Virus record (IMG/VR): IMGVR_UViG_2778261268_000002
Length of the DNA: 64,000 bases
Origin: a virus
Lineage: Duplodnaviria; Heunggongvirae; Uroviricota; Caudoviricetes
Strand: one strand, 5' to 3'
The position numbers and the translations under genes are program-made. Numbering within the stretch: the stretch's first letter is position 1; the number at the start of each line of letters is the position of its first letter. A model generated the notes under the pieces. It was not told the DNA's origin. It ran no database searches and saw only the letters and a list, made by a program, of their open reading frames with translations. Shown here in pieces: positions 32,579-41,200 of the stretch.

Positions 32579-32800
32579 ATGGGATATTCAGCTGCTAAAG
32601 TGTCCACTCATATTGAGCTTGAGAAAAACCGTGGTTACTGGCGGGCAAAAGGGTTTGATCGTGATAGTTGTCAACTGTCATTATCGCGCGGTGAAGAGAA
32701 AATAGAACGCACGCGCGGTCGCTGGCGTTTCTATGACGAGAACCATAAACAGGTAAAGGCAGAGCCGATCCTGTACACTTTACTTAAAACCATTATCTGA
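32579..32800 (+). CDS. hypothetical small protein (73 aa) between loxP and cre
   Basis: Strong RBS AGAGGTG before ATG; basic composition. Confidence 0.4.
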   Translation: MGYSAAKVSTHIELEKNRGYWRAKGFDRDSCQLSLSRGEEKIERTRGRWRFYDENHKQVKAEPILYTLLKTII

Positions 32801-32807
32801 GTGTTAA

Positions 32808-33839
32808 ATGTCCAATTTACTGACCGTACACCAAAATTTGCCTGCATTACCGGTCGATGCAACGAGTGATGAGGTTCGCAAGAACCTGATGGACATGTTC
32901 AGGGATCGCCAGGCGTTTTCTGAGCATACCTGGAAAATGCTTCTGTCCGTTTGCCGGTCGTGGGCGGCATGGTGCAAGTTGAATAACCGGAAATGGTTTC
33001 CCGCAGAACCTGAAGATGTTCGCGATTACCTTCTATATCTTCAGGCGCGTGGTCTGGCAGTAAAAACTATCCAGCAACATTTGGGCCAGCTAAACATGCT
33101 TCATCGTCGGTCCGGGCTGCCACGACCAAGTGACAGCAATGCTGTTTCACTGGTCATGCGACGGATCCGAAAAGAAAACGTTGATGCCGGTGAACGTGCA
33201 AAACAGGCACTGGCGTTCGAACGCACTGATTTCGACCAGGTTCGTTCACTCATGGAAAATAGCGATCGCTGCCAGGATATACGTAATCTGGCATTTCTGG
33301 GGATTGCTTATAACACCCTGTTACGTATAGCCGAAATTGCCAGGATCAGGGTTAAAGATATCTCACGTACAGACGGTGGGAGAATGTTAATCCATATTGG
33401 CAGAACGAAAACGCTGGTTAGTACCGCGGGTGTAGAGAAGGCACTTAGCCTGGGGGTAACTAAACTGGTCGAGCGATGGATTTCTGTCTCTGGTGTGGCT
33501 GATGATCCGAATAACTACTTGTTTTGCCGTGTCAGAAAAAATGGCGTAGCTGCGCCATCTGCCACAAGCCAGCTATCAACTCGCGCCCTGGAAGGGATTT
33601 TTGAAGCAACTCATCGATTGATTTACGGCGCTAAGGATGACTCTGGTCAGAGATACCTGGCCTGGTCTGGACACAGTGCCCGTGTCGGAGCCGCGCGAGA
33701 TATGGCCCGCGCCGGAGTTTCAATACCGGAGATCATGCAAGCTGGTGGCTGGACCAACGTAAATATTGTCATGAACTATATCCGTAACCTGGATAGTGAA
33801 ACAGGGGCAATGGTGCGCCTGCTGGAAGGTGGCGATTAG
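32808..33839 (+). CDS. cre: Cre tyrosine recombinase
   Basis: 343 aa, starts MSNLLTVHQNLPALPVDATSDEVRKNLMDMFRDRQAFSEHTWKMLLSVCRSWAAWCKLNNRKWFPAEPEDVRDYLLYLQARGLAVKTIQQHLGQLNMLHRRSGLPRPSDSNAVSLVMRRIRKENVDAGERAKQALAFERTDFDQVRSLMENSDRCQDIRNLAFLGIAYNTLLRIAEIARIRVKDISRTDGGRMLIHIGRTKTLVSTAGVEKALSLGVTKLVERWISVSGVADDPNNYLFCRVRKNGVAAPSATSQLSTRALEGIFEATHRLIYGAKDDSGQRYLAWSGHSARVGAARDMARAGVSIPEIMQAGGWTNVNIVMNYIRNLDSETGAMVRLLEGGD, matching the recalled Cre sequence. Confidence 0.97.
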   Translation: MSNLLTVHQNLPALPVDATSDEVRKNLMDMFRDRQAFSEHTWKMLLSVCRSWAAWCKLNNRKWFPAEPEDVRDYLLYLQARGLAVKTIQQHLGQLNMLHRRSGLPRPSDSNAVSLVMRRIRKENVDAGERAKQALAFERTDFDQVRSLMENSDRCQDIRNLAFLGIAYNTLLRIAEIARIRVKDISRTDGGRMLIHIGRTKTLVSTAGVEKALSLGVTKLVERWISVSGVADDPNNYLFCRVRKNGVAAPSATSQLSTRALEGIFEATHRLIYGAKDDSGQRYLAWSGHSARVGAARDMARAGVSIPEIMQAGGWTNVNIVMNYIRNLDSETGAMVRLLEGGD

Positions 33840-33856
33840 CCATTAACGCGTAAATG

Positions 33857-33873
33857 ATTGCTCTAATTCTTTG
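33857..33873. promoter_or_regulatory. C1 operator-like site
   Basis: ATTGCTCTAATTCTTTG. Confidence 0.5.
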
Positions 33874-33889
33874 ATATTTATGGCGACAT

Positions 33890-34201
33890 ATGAGAAAGGA
33901 TTTCAACATCGACGGAAAATATGTAGTGCTGTCTGTGAGCACTAATATTCAGTCGCCAGCCGTCATTGTCACTGTAAAGCTGAGCGATAGAATGCCTGAT
34001 ATTGACTCAATATCCGTTGCGTTCCCTGTCAGAAGTATGCGTAGTGCTGAACATTTCGTGATGAATGCCACCGAGGAAGAAGCACGGCGCGGTTTTGCTA
34101 AAGTGATGTCTGAGTTTGGAGAATTTTTGGGGCACGTTGACAAAGCCCTCTCAATCAGTTCAGCAAAGTCCAAAGCGTTAACAGCTTCCATGATGAAATA
34201 A
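33890..34201 (+). CDS. cra: cre-associated protein (P1 cra-like, by position)
   Basis: 103-aa ORF immediately after cre; no strong RBS; assigned by synteny only. Confidence 0.5.
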   Translation: MRKDFNIDGKYVVLSVSTNIQSPAVIVTVKLSDRMPDIDSISVAFPVRSMRSAEHFVMNATEEEARRGFAKVMSEFGEFLGHVDKALSISSAKSKALTASMMK

Positions 34202-34328
34202 AAAAAGCCTGGCAAGAGGCCAGGCTGCACAAAATAGCGGAGATTGTATTCCGCATCCAATCAATCAGAAAGGAGTATAGCACATAGATACTAAAGTGAA
34301 AAAATGCGACTGACGATAAAAAACATGA

Positions 34329-34345
34329 CATTGCTCTAATTGATT
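34329..34345. promoter_or_regulatory. C1 operator-like site upstream of ref
   Basis: ATTGCTCTAATTGATTG. Confidence 0.6.
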
Positions 34346-34413
34346 GTTATAATTAAGCCGTGGCGTTAGTCAACTACGAAGACATGGCCATTATCTACTC
34401 CTTTGAAATCATT

Positions 34414-34440
34414 GGCGGCCTAAAGGCCGCCTTTTTTTTT
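34414..34440 (+). terminator. rho-independent terminator-like hairpin immediately upstream of the ref start
   Basis: GGCGGCC-TAAA-GGCCGCC followed by T9; ref ATG begins 6 nt later with no RBS. Confidence 0.5.
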
Positions 34441-34445
34441 ACCTT

Positions 34446-35006
34446 ATGAAAACAATCGAACAAAAAATTGAACAGCGCCGTAATTGGCAGAAGGCAGCCA
34501 GAGAACGAGCGATCGCCCGGCAACGGGAAAAGTTGGCTGATCCGGCCTGGCGCGAATCGCAATATCAGAAAATCCGGGATGCTATCGATCGCCGTATCGC
34601 TAAACAGAAAGAACGCCCGCCAGCCAGCAAAGCGCTGAAAAGCGCGGTAAAAATAAAATCTCGGGGCTTGAAGGGGCGAACACCGACGGCGGAGGAACGT
34701 CGCATCGCCAATGCTCTTGGCGCTCTCCCCTGCATTGCCTGCTATATGCATGGAGTAATATCTGAAGAGGTGTCTCTGCACCATATCTCCGGTCGTACCG
34801 CGCCGGGTTGTCACAAAAAACAATTGCCACTTTGTAGATGGCACCACCAGCATGCAGCACCGGCTGAAGTAAGAGAAAAATACCCCTGGCTGGTCCCTGT
34901 TCATGCCGATGGCGTGGTAGGAGGCAAGAAAGAATTCACTCTGCTGAACAAATCAGAAATGGAGTTGCTGGCTGACGCTTATGAGATGGCAAATATCATG
35001 CACTAA
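34446..35006 (+). CDS. ref: recombination enhancement function Ref (HNH-type endonuclease)
   Basis: 186 aa; Cys/His cluster CIACYMH...HHISGR...CHKKQLPLCRWHHQH; position after cre and cra. Confidence 0.8.
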   Translation: MKTIEQKIEQRRNWQKAARERAIARQREKLADPAWRESQYQKIRDAIDRRIAKQKERPPASKALKSAVKIKSRGLKGRTPTAEERRIANALGALPCIACYMHGVISEEVSLHHISGRTAPGCHKKQLPLCRWHHQHAAPAEVREKYPWLVPVHADGVVGGKKEFTLLNKSEMELLADAYEMANIMH

Positions 35007-35097
35007 TATATTTATTATTTTATAATCATTGCTTTGCATTATCATTAACACATTGCTAACATCGGACTTACCTATATCGGAGGAGATAAATGAAAAA

Positions 35098-35820
35098 ATG
35101 GCAATCCACAGAATTCCTAAATTCTTTTCGGATGTTAAATCCGTAGAGTGGCCATGCCCAACTTGTGGGCAAAAGACGCTGAGAATATTAGAAGATTCCT
35201 TTGTTTGTAAGGAAACGGCTAGTACAACAAAAATGCTATCAGACGAATGGCTTGATCTGGAGTATGTTTCTTCAATCTTTAGCTGTATGTCCCAGTGTAT
35301 AAGACAAGAATGTAATGAAGTTGTTGCATGCTCAGGAAGAAGCGGCTTAGAACCTGACTGGGATGAACACAACGGAATCCAATATAAACCTTGGTATGAA
35401 CCTTTGAGCTTTATACCGGGGTTAAAACTTTTCACTCTTCCGGAAAAATGCCCTGTAAAAATTTCTGCCCCACTGGAGGCATCGTTTACCCTAAGTAAGA
35501 TCTGCCCAGGAGCTGCGGCAAATCTGATAAGGATTTCTATTGAAGAGTTACTTACAGCTATCGACGTCCCTAACAAAAAAGGTGACAAACTTCACAATAG
35601 AATTAAAGCAATCCCTGATAATTATTCTCGCTTTAAAGATCTCTTAATGCCGATTAAATTTCTGGGAAATGCAGGGAGTCATAGCTATGAAAAAGTCACC
35701 TCAGAAGACTTAGAGTGTTCTTACGAGATAATGGATTTCATCTTAAATGATATATATTCAGGTGGTCGAGAAATGGTCCAAGAGTTAGCTAACAGTTTGG
35801 ACGTAAAATTTCGCACTTAA
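35098..35820 (+). CDS. zinc-ribbon plus DUF4145/Abi_C-like helical-domain protein (accessory cargo)
   Basis: ATG 35098 with RBS AGGAG; N-terminal CPTCGQ...C..C; C-terminal KFLGNAGSHSYEKV...YEIMDFILNDIY; markedly AT-rich relative to flanks. Confidence 0.55.
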   Translation: MAIHRIPKFFSDVKSVEWPCPTCGQKTLRILEDSFVCKETASTTKMLSDEWLDLEYVSSIFSCMSQCIRQECNEVVACSGRSGLEPDWDEHNGIQYKPWYEPLSFIPGLKLFTLPEKCPVKISAPLEASFTLSKICPGAAANLIRISIEELLTAIDVPNKKGDKLHNRIKAIPDNYSRFKDLLMPIKFLGNAGSHSYEKVTSEDLECSYEIMDFILNDIYSGGREMVQELANSLDVKFRT

Positions 35821-35994
35821 AATGCAAAAAAAAATTGACATTTGACAAATTACTTCTGTCAAAATTGCAACACGCCCGGTACGGATGGATCCCTTTTCAA
35901 ATATTCCATGGACGGCACAGTCTGAGTACCGGGCGCTACCTTCTGTTGTATTGCTAAGCCGCCGCTGGTGGCTTTTCTTTTTTGTAGGGGTGCT

Positions 35995-36636
35995 ATGGAT
36001 AAGAAAATATGCGTTGTTTCAATGAGCGTCGGCAAACCGGCGTCAATGACTGCTGCATGGATCAACAACGAGCTGATAATGGCTGAGCGGACCAGCTACC
36101 CTGAACGCCGCCGCGATATGGAACTCCAGCTGCTGCGCGAATTGCGAGAAAAAGAGGAAAAGGGTTTTATCGTGCTGGTGGAAGAGGAAAACAGCTTTAT
36201 TACCGGTCGAGTTGGCCAGCGTGTAAGGTTGCGCGATCCCTTCATGAACAGCAGGCCGGTACTAATTGAAGCAATGCAGATTTACAAGGCGCTGGAACGC
36301 CAGAAAGCGATCAAGTTACCGCGCAAAGAATCCGGCAAATACATCCTCCACCAAAGCATCTTCGATTCCGAACACGATAAAAAAGGCGATGAATTTTTCA
36401 ACATCAACTGGAGCGAAATAACGACAGAGCATGTTCTGACGTTACTATGTTGCTTTGCGACGGAATACAACAACGTTGCCAGCGCAGACTACATAAGGGC
36501 AATGGCTGGGGAAATTGATACCCATCAGGAACCATCGTTACTAAGCCCCCTGATTAATATAATTCGCGGTACCCATGCGCTGACACAAAAGCAAGTTCCG
36601 CAAGGATTGTTAACAGGAAAAGGAAATTTTTTTTAA
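35995..36636 (+). CDS. hypothetical protein (213 aa; possibly the P1 mat counterpart)
   Basis: RBS AGGGGTG before ATG 35995; backbone-like GC content; no motif recognised. Confidence 0.5.
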   Translation: MDKKICVVSMSVGKPASMTAAWINNELIMAERTSYPERRRDMELQLLRELREKEEKGFIVLVEEENSFITGRVGQRVRLRDPFMNSRPVLIEAMQIYKALERQKAIKLPRKESGKYILHQSIFDSEHDKKGDEFFNINWSEITTEHVLTLLCCFATEYNNVASADYIRAMAGEIDTHQEPSLLSPLINIIRGTHALTQKQVPQGLLTGKGNFF

Positions 36637-36650
36637 CCGACTATTTGTTT

Positions 36651-36690
36651 AAAAACGGAGATCGTTGTTTACCATTTCTCCGTTTTCTAT
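36651..36690 (+). terminator. terminator-like hairpin
   Basis: ACGGAGA-(15 nt loop)-TCTCCGT followed by TTT. Confidence 0.35.
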
Positions 36691-36782
36691 CAAGAGGGGC
36701 AACCTCTTTAAGAGAGTCAAAATTGTTTCTCCTTCATCGCTATCGCTGATAACATCAGCTCAAAAAACGAAGGAGTTTTTCT

Positions 36783-37388
36783 ATGTCTGACACTTCGACA
36801 AACGAAATTGTACCACACCTACCATTAATCTTCGAAAATGAAGCTAATGGGATTCTTCAGGATCTGGCCTGTACCCCATCGCTGATGGGGATGATGATGT
36901 TTGCGACAGAAGAGGAACTGAAAGCGGCACGAAGCCACATAATAGACGTATTTGAAGAGTGTTACCGAGCCGGACATTTACGCATTATGGGCTTTACTAA
37001 TGAAGGACAGTTGTTCGGGTACGCCTTAATTTTTGGGCATCCATCAGGAAACTTACCATTGTACTGTCATAAAATTTATGTATATGAGCAATATCGTGGT
37101 AATGGACTTGGAAGTAAGATACTGGCAGAAATACTTGCATTTCCAAATGAAGTCGGATTGATTTGCCAGTCTGCTTTAGTTCCTTTTTATGAATCAGCGG
37201 GGATGCACTTTAAAGGGAATTACACTACTCCACCAGTCGCTAATTTCACAAAAACCCGAGGGATGTATGAGGGGCTTTGCGTGATGAGTACCAATAAGAC
37301 GGACAAGATTAATGATATCCCCATCTTCATGTTAAATAATCGCGATATTGATACCATTATACAAGCTATGGTATCGGCAAAAAAATAA
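36783..37388 (+). CDS. GNAT-family N-acetyltransferase (accessory cargo)
   Basis: RBS AAGGAG; acetyl-CoA binding motif QYRGNGLGSKIL; AT-rich codon usage. Confidence 0.6.
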   Translation: MSDTSTNEIVPHLPLIFENEANGILQDLACTPSLMGMMMFATEEELKAARSHIIDVFEECYRAGHLRIMGFTNEGQLFGYALIFGHPSGNLPLYCHKIYVYEQYRGNGLGSKILAEILAFPNEVGLICQSALVPFYESAGMHFKGNYTTPPVANFTKTRGMYEGLCVMSTNKTDKINDIPIFMLNNRDIDTIIQAMVSAKK

Positions 37389-37508
37389 CCCTACAGCTCC
37401 AAAATGCTGAAAAGATCACAAATGGTTTAATCTCCAAATGTTAAACATGATTACTTCTGCATAAAACTTTTTCAGCCCGGTCGAGTGCCGGGCATAAACT
37501 CGGAAAGT

Positions 37509-37757
37509 TTAATCAGCATTCAGAAGCAACGCATTATCTATGATGATCTGCTCCCATTCTTCGAATGCCCGGTCGCGGACGCCCTGGGGGACACTGTTTG
37601 TTTTGAAATCGACGACCGTCCGCCATTTCCCGTCCGGACGGTACATGCGCAGAGCTTTACTTCCCCCTTCCCTGCGCACCTCAACGTTATGCTTGTCAGC
37701 AAACTCTTGTAATGCTCGTAGCGTCCCGTGCTTTACTGTGTAGTATCGCTTTTTCAA
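37509..37757 (-). CDS. lxc: small protein downstream of darB (P1 Lxc-like by position)
   Basis: 82-aa ORF, last gene of the leftward darB operon; assignment by synteny only. Confidence 0.5.
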   Translation of the reverse strand: MKKRYYTVKHGTLRALQEFADKHNVEVRREGGSKALRMYRPDGKWRTVVDFKTNSVPQGVRDRAFEEWEQIIIDNALLLNAD

Positions 37758-38194
37758 GTTTTCTCTCCAGCCTGTGCCAAGGCTTCAACTTCCAAATCGT
37801 AAGACTCAAACTCATAGTCCTGATCGTCAACTTCTTCAGGCACTGGCAGTAAATGCCAGGCTGAGTATATCTGACCATTATCAAAACGCTCCTGGCTGTA
37901 GAGCGTCGCGGCTATGAGTGTCAGCGCCGGGCGGTCATAACGGTAAATTTTGCGAACGTCACGGTCAACGAGACGACCGAAATTACCATAACCGCGCTCC
38001 AGTAATAATTTTTTAATTTCCGGCCAGTATGGACCATAGCTGCGGTACAGGCGGGGATTTTTCAGTAATCGCCCGCGTAGCCCTGACAGGAAGAAATCAA
38101 CGTATTCGTCTTCTGTCTTTCCTAACAACGCCGTACGCAGTACCGCCTCAAGATATGTTTTATTCGGTTTTATTGTATCAGATAGTGTGGCCAT
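37754..38194 (-). CDS. ulx: protein between darB and the 82-aa gene (P1 Ulx-like by position)
   Basis: 146-aa ORF overlapping the downstream gene by 4 nt; assignment by synteny only. Confidence 0.5.
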   Translation of the reverse strand: MATLSDTIKPNKTYLEAVLRTALLGKTEDEYVDFFLSGLRGRLLKNPRLYRSYGPYWPEIKKLLLERGYGNFGRLVDRDVRKIYRYDRPALTLIAATLYSQERFDNGQIYSAWHLLPVPEEVDDQDYEFESYDLEVEALAQAGEKT

Positions 38195-38227
38195 ATTATG
38201 CGACGCCCGGCGAACCGGGCGCTCCTG

Positions 38228-41200
38228 TTATGCGTATTGTTGGATGACGGCCAGAACGTCCGCCACGTTGTGTTTTGTCTCGATAATCCACCAGTTACCC
38301 AGGAAATCGCTGTTCTTCGCCTTCGCTGGCAGCCAGCGAGCGCCGAATTTCGCCTTGATTGCGTCTTTCGCACGGAAAAGAACGCCTTTCATGCCTGAGG
38401 CTTCCTGAAGCCCAAATACCTCGCCAGCGGCGAATTTTGGTGCGTACATCATCTCCAGGTCGGCGGTGGATACGCGATAATTCAGACCAAGAGACTGAGC
38501 TATGCTGGTGGCATCACCCTGTATTGATGATAACTCTTCTTGTTTCTCGTTTCTGGCGGCAATTTCTTCCTCCGTGATGTTGCCAAGGGCCAGGTTTATC
38601 CGATCAGCGTCGGCCTGTTTCTCTTCATCGGTGCGCCCGGCAAGAACCGTGTTAATACTCTGCAATATCTCCACATGATTCTTGCGCATGCTGAGCAATT
38701 CCGGCGTAACCTCGTTAAGGTCCACCAGCCCAAGGATGGCAAGGTCGGTAAACATCGATACTAGGTTGTAGGTCATGCGATAGCTGAGTTGCCCATAGGC
38801 TGATGGCAACTGCACCGCATCCATTTTATAGGCATCCATAAATTTAGAGCCGTCGTTTACGACATCCGCAATTGCCGGTGTGATTTTCCCTGTGGTGGCG
38901 GCCTCCCTGATTGCTGTTACCCACGATTGAGTCAGCGCGGCGACTGCATGATTCAGATTGACTTTCCGTTCTGCTGCAATGCGCGCGCTTGCTGCGTCCA
39001 TTGCCTGCTTGATCTCGTCTTTATTGCTGTAAATGCCAATGGTGCCAAACTGTGCTGTGGTGATCTCATAATCTGACGCCCGGAACTCATTGGTACCGAA
39101 AATGGCATTGGTGACTTCAAGTTCAGAATCCCCGTTACGAGTAGCCCCCTGGCTTGTTTTCTCCGGCATTCTGGCGATCGCATCCGCTATTTTCTCCTGA
39201 ATTGCTTCAGGGGATAGCGTATCTCCGTATGACGCGATTACATCGCCATAATTGGAGCCAAACAGTTCAACCAGGAATGCTTCTGCCGAACGGATCTGGC
39301 GGTTATTCCCTTCCGACATCATACCAAGCACCCATTTTGCAATTGACGACTTCAGCGCGCCGTCACGGCGATCCGGGTAAACCGCATGCTTCAGTGGGTC
39401 CGTATAGGTACCAACAAAATCAATGCTATAGCCTGACTCTGTAGTCTGAACGCCGTATGAGTCAGTGATTTTGATCATGCCGCGCTGCTGGAAACGGTAG
39501 AAATCGTCACAGGAAACGATGTCGTTAATCCCGGCGATGGAGACGCCACCACTGATTTTCTGCATAACAGCATCTTCATCGGGAGTTACATCAACCTGTT
39601 TATCCAGCGTCTTCACATCCCAGTTACCAGATTTGGTGCCTTTGAAGGTGAAGATGATCTCCACGTCTGCGCGCTGGCTGTCGAAGTCCAGCGACTTAAT
39701 GCGAACGATATCACCGGCACAATCGTAGTATTGGCCTACACGCCATGAGCGATCGCCGATAACAAGGAACTCACTCGCATGGTTAACCAGGTCAGGATCA
39801 ACATCCAGAATGCCTTTATTTAATGCATCCTCCACCAGCGGGCGCAGGCGTTTGATATCCGTCGCGGCCTTCTGAGTACGGTTCAATAATTTCTCATAGC
39901 GGGAGATGGCTTGAGAGATATTAGCCTTGCGCTGAATGGCGCTTTTCAACGACGCGCGATACTGTGCTAACAACATACGGTCTGTGTGATGGACACTCCC
40001 CCAGCGTGCCTTCCAGTCTGCGTTATCCGCTGCCTTGGCCATTGCCGCCTGTTTGAATTTAGCTACCTCGGCGGTGGTCTTTTCAAGTTCCGCTTTGCTT
40101 CGCTCTAATTCAGCGGTAAGCACCTCCACATCCTCACCAGCTGCGTGCTGCGCCTTGATGTAGTTCTGAAGGTCGATAGTAGCCTGTTCTTTCTGGCGAG
40201 CGCGTTGCGCGGCTTTCGCCTTATCCATTTGAACCTGCATCATTGCCAGACGTTCGCCATCATCCTTAGCGGTATACATCTGCATTTCGATCATATCGTT
40301 GGCGTCGGCGTTCTCCATTTCTGACTTATCTGAACGGAGGATATCGGAGATCCAGCCTGCTTTACGCTTCAGCGTCTTCAGTCGGTATTCATCGAAAGAA
40401 CCCTTGCCGCAGTAGTAGTGAACGCGAACGCTTGCACGGTTGGAGCCAACTCGGGCACCGCGACCGTTTCGTTGCGCAATACTGGCTGGAGTCCATGGCA
40501 ACGTCAGATGATGGATGTCAGTCGTTCCTCGATGCAGGTTGATACCCACCTCTGCCTTTTTGTTGCAGATGATGATCGGAGTCCGGCCCTCCTGGAAGTC
40601 GGCTGCAATCTTTTCCAGACCGCCCAACGACATTTCATTTTGCTGCGCGATATAGGCGTCATACAGAGCCATTTGCTCGTTGTATTTCGCTATCTGTGCA
40701 TCTGTTGGTTCATCCGGTAACTCTTTCGGCGGTTTAACCGCTTTCAGTTTCTTACCGGTTTTACCTGCCTCGGCAACCGTCTGAGCATTCAGTATCCCCA
40801 CCTTTGAAGGTTCAAGGTTAAGAGCATTGCAGATAATGCGCTTGAGCTTCTGGTGCTGCGTTTTTTCATCGGTGAAGATGATTTGCTTACCTTCCGGGAA
40901 AAACTCCTTCAGCGTGGCAATCAGCTTCGCGTATTTGGGCGTAACGGGGTGAGTTACGGTCTGTTCGTCAATGCCAAACCTGGCCAGGCGCTTATTCACT
41001 TCCTGCTCGAACGCTTCCGGAACCTGCAACTGAATAAACTCGCCCTTATCTATCAGGGAGTATTGCGATTGCTGCGTGATTGAATCATCACTGTCGTCGT
41101 CTTCGCTGGTGGCTTGTTTAGGCAAACTGTCTGCCAGCTGCTGCACCGCATCGGCGTACTCCGGCAGGAAACGATAGGTGATCCGGCGATAGTACAGGTC

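Noticed and set aside
34200-34232. Hairpin GCCTGGC-AAGAG-GCCAGGC after cra as a terminator
   Set aside because: The A-run is on the wrong side for a plus-strand terminator and no minus-strand gene ends here; left uncalled.
34395-34904. 169-aa ORF antisense to ref
   Set aside because: Shadow frame inside the well-supported ref gene.
35875-35936. 10-bp perfect inverted repeat (CGCCCGGTAC / GTACCGGGCG) between the DUF4145-like gene and the 213-aa gene
   Set aside because: Could be a regulatory or junction structure, but there is no flanking T-run or recognisable recombination-site features; insufficient evidence to call a feature.
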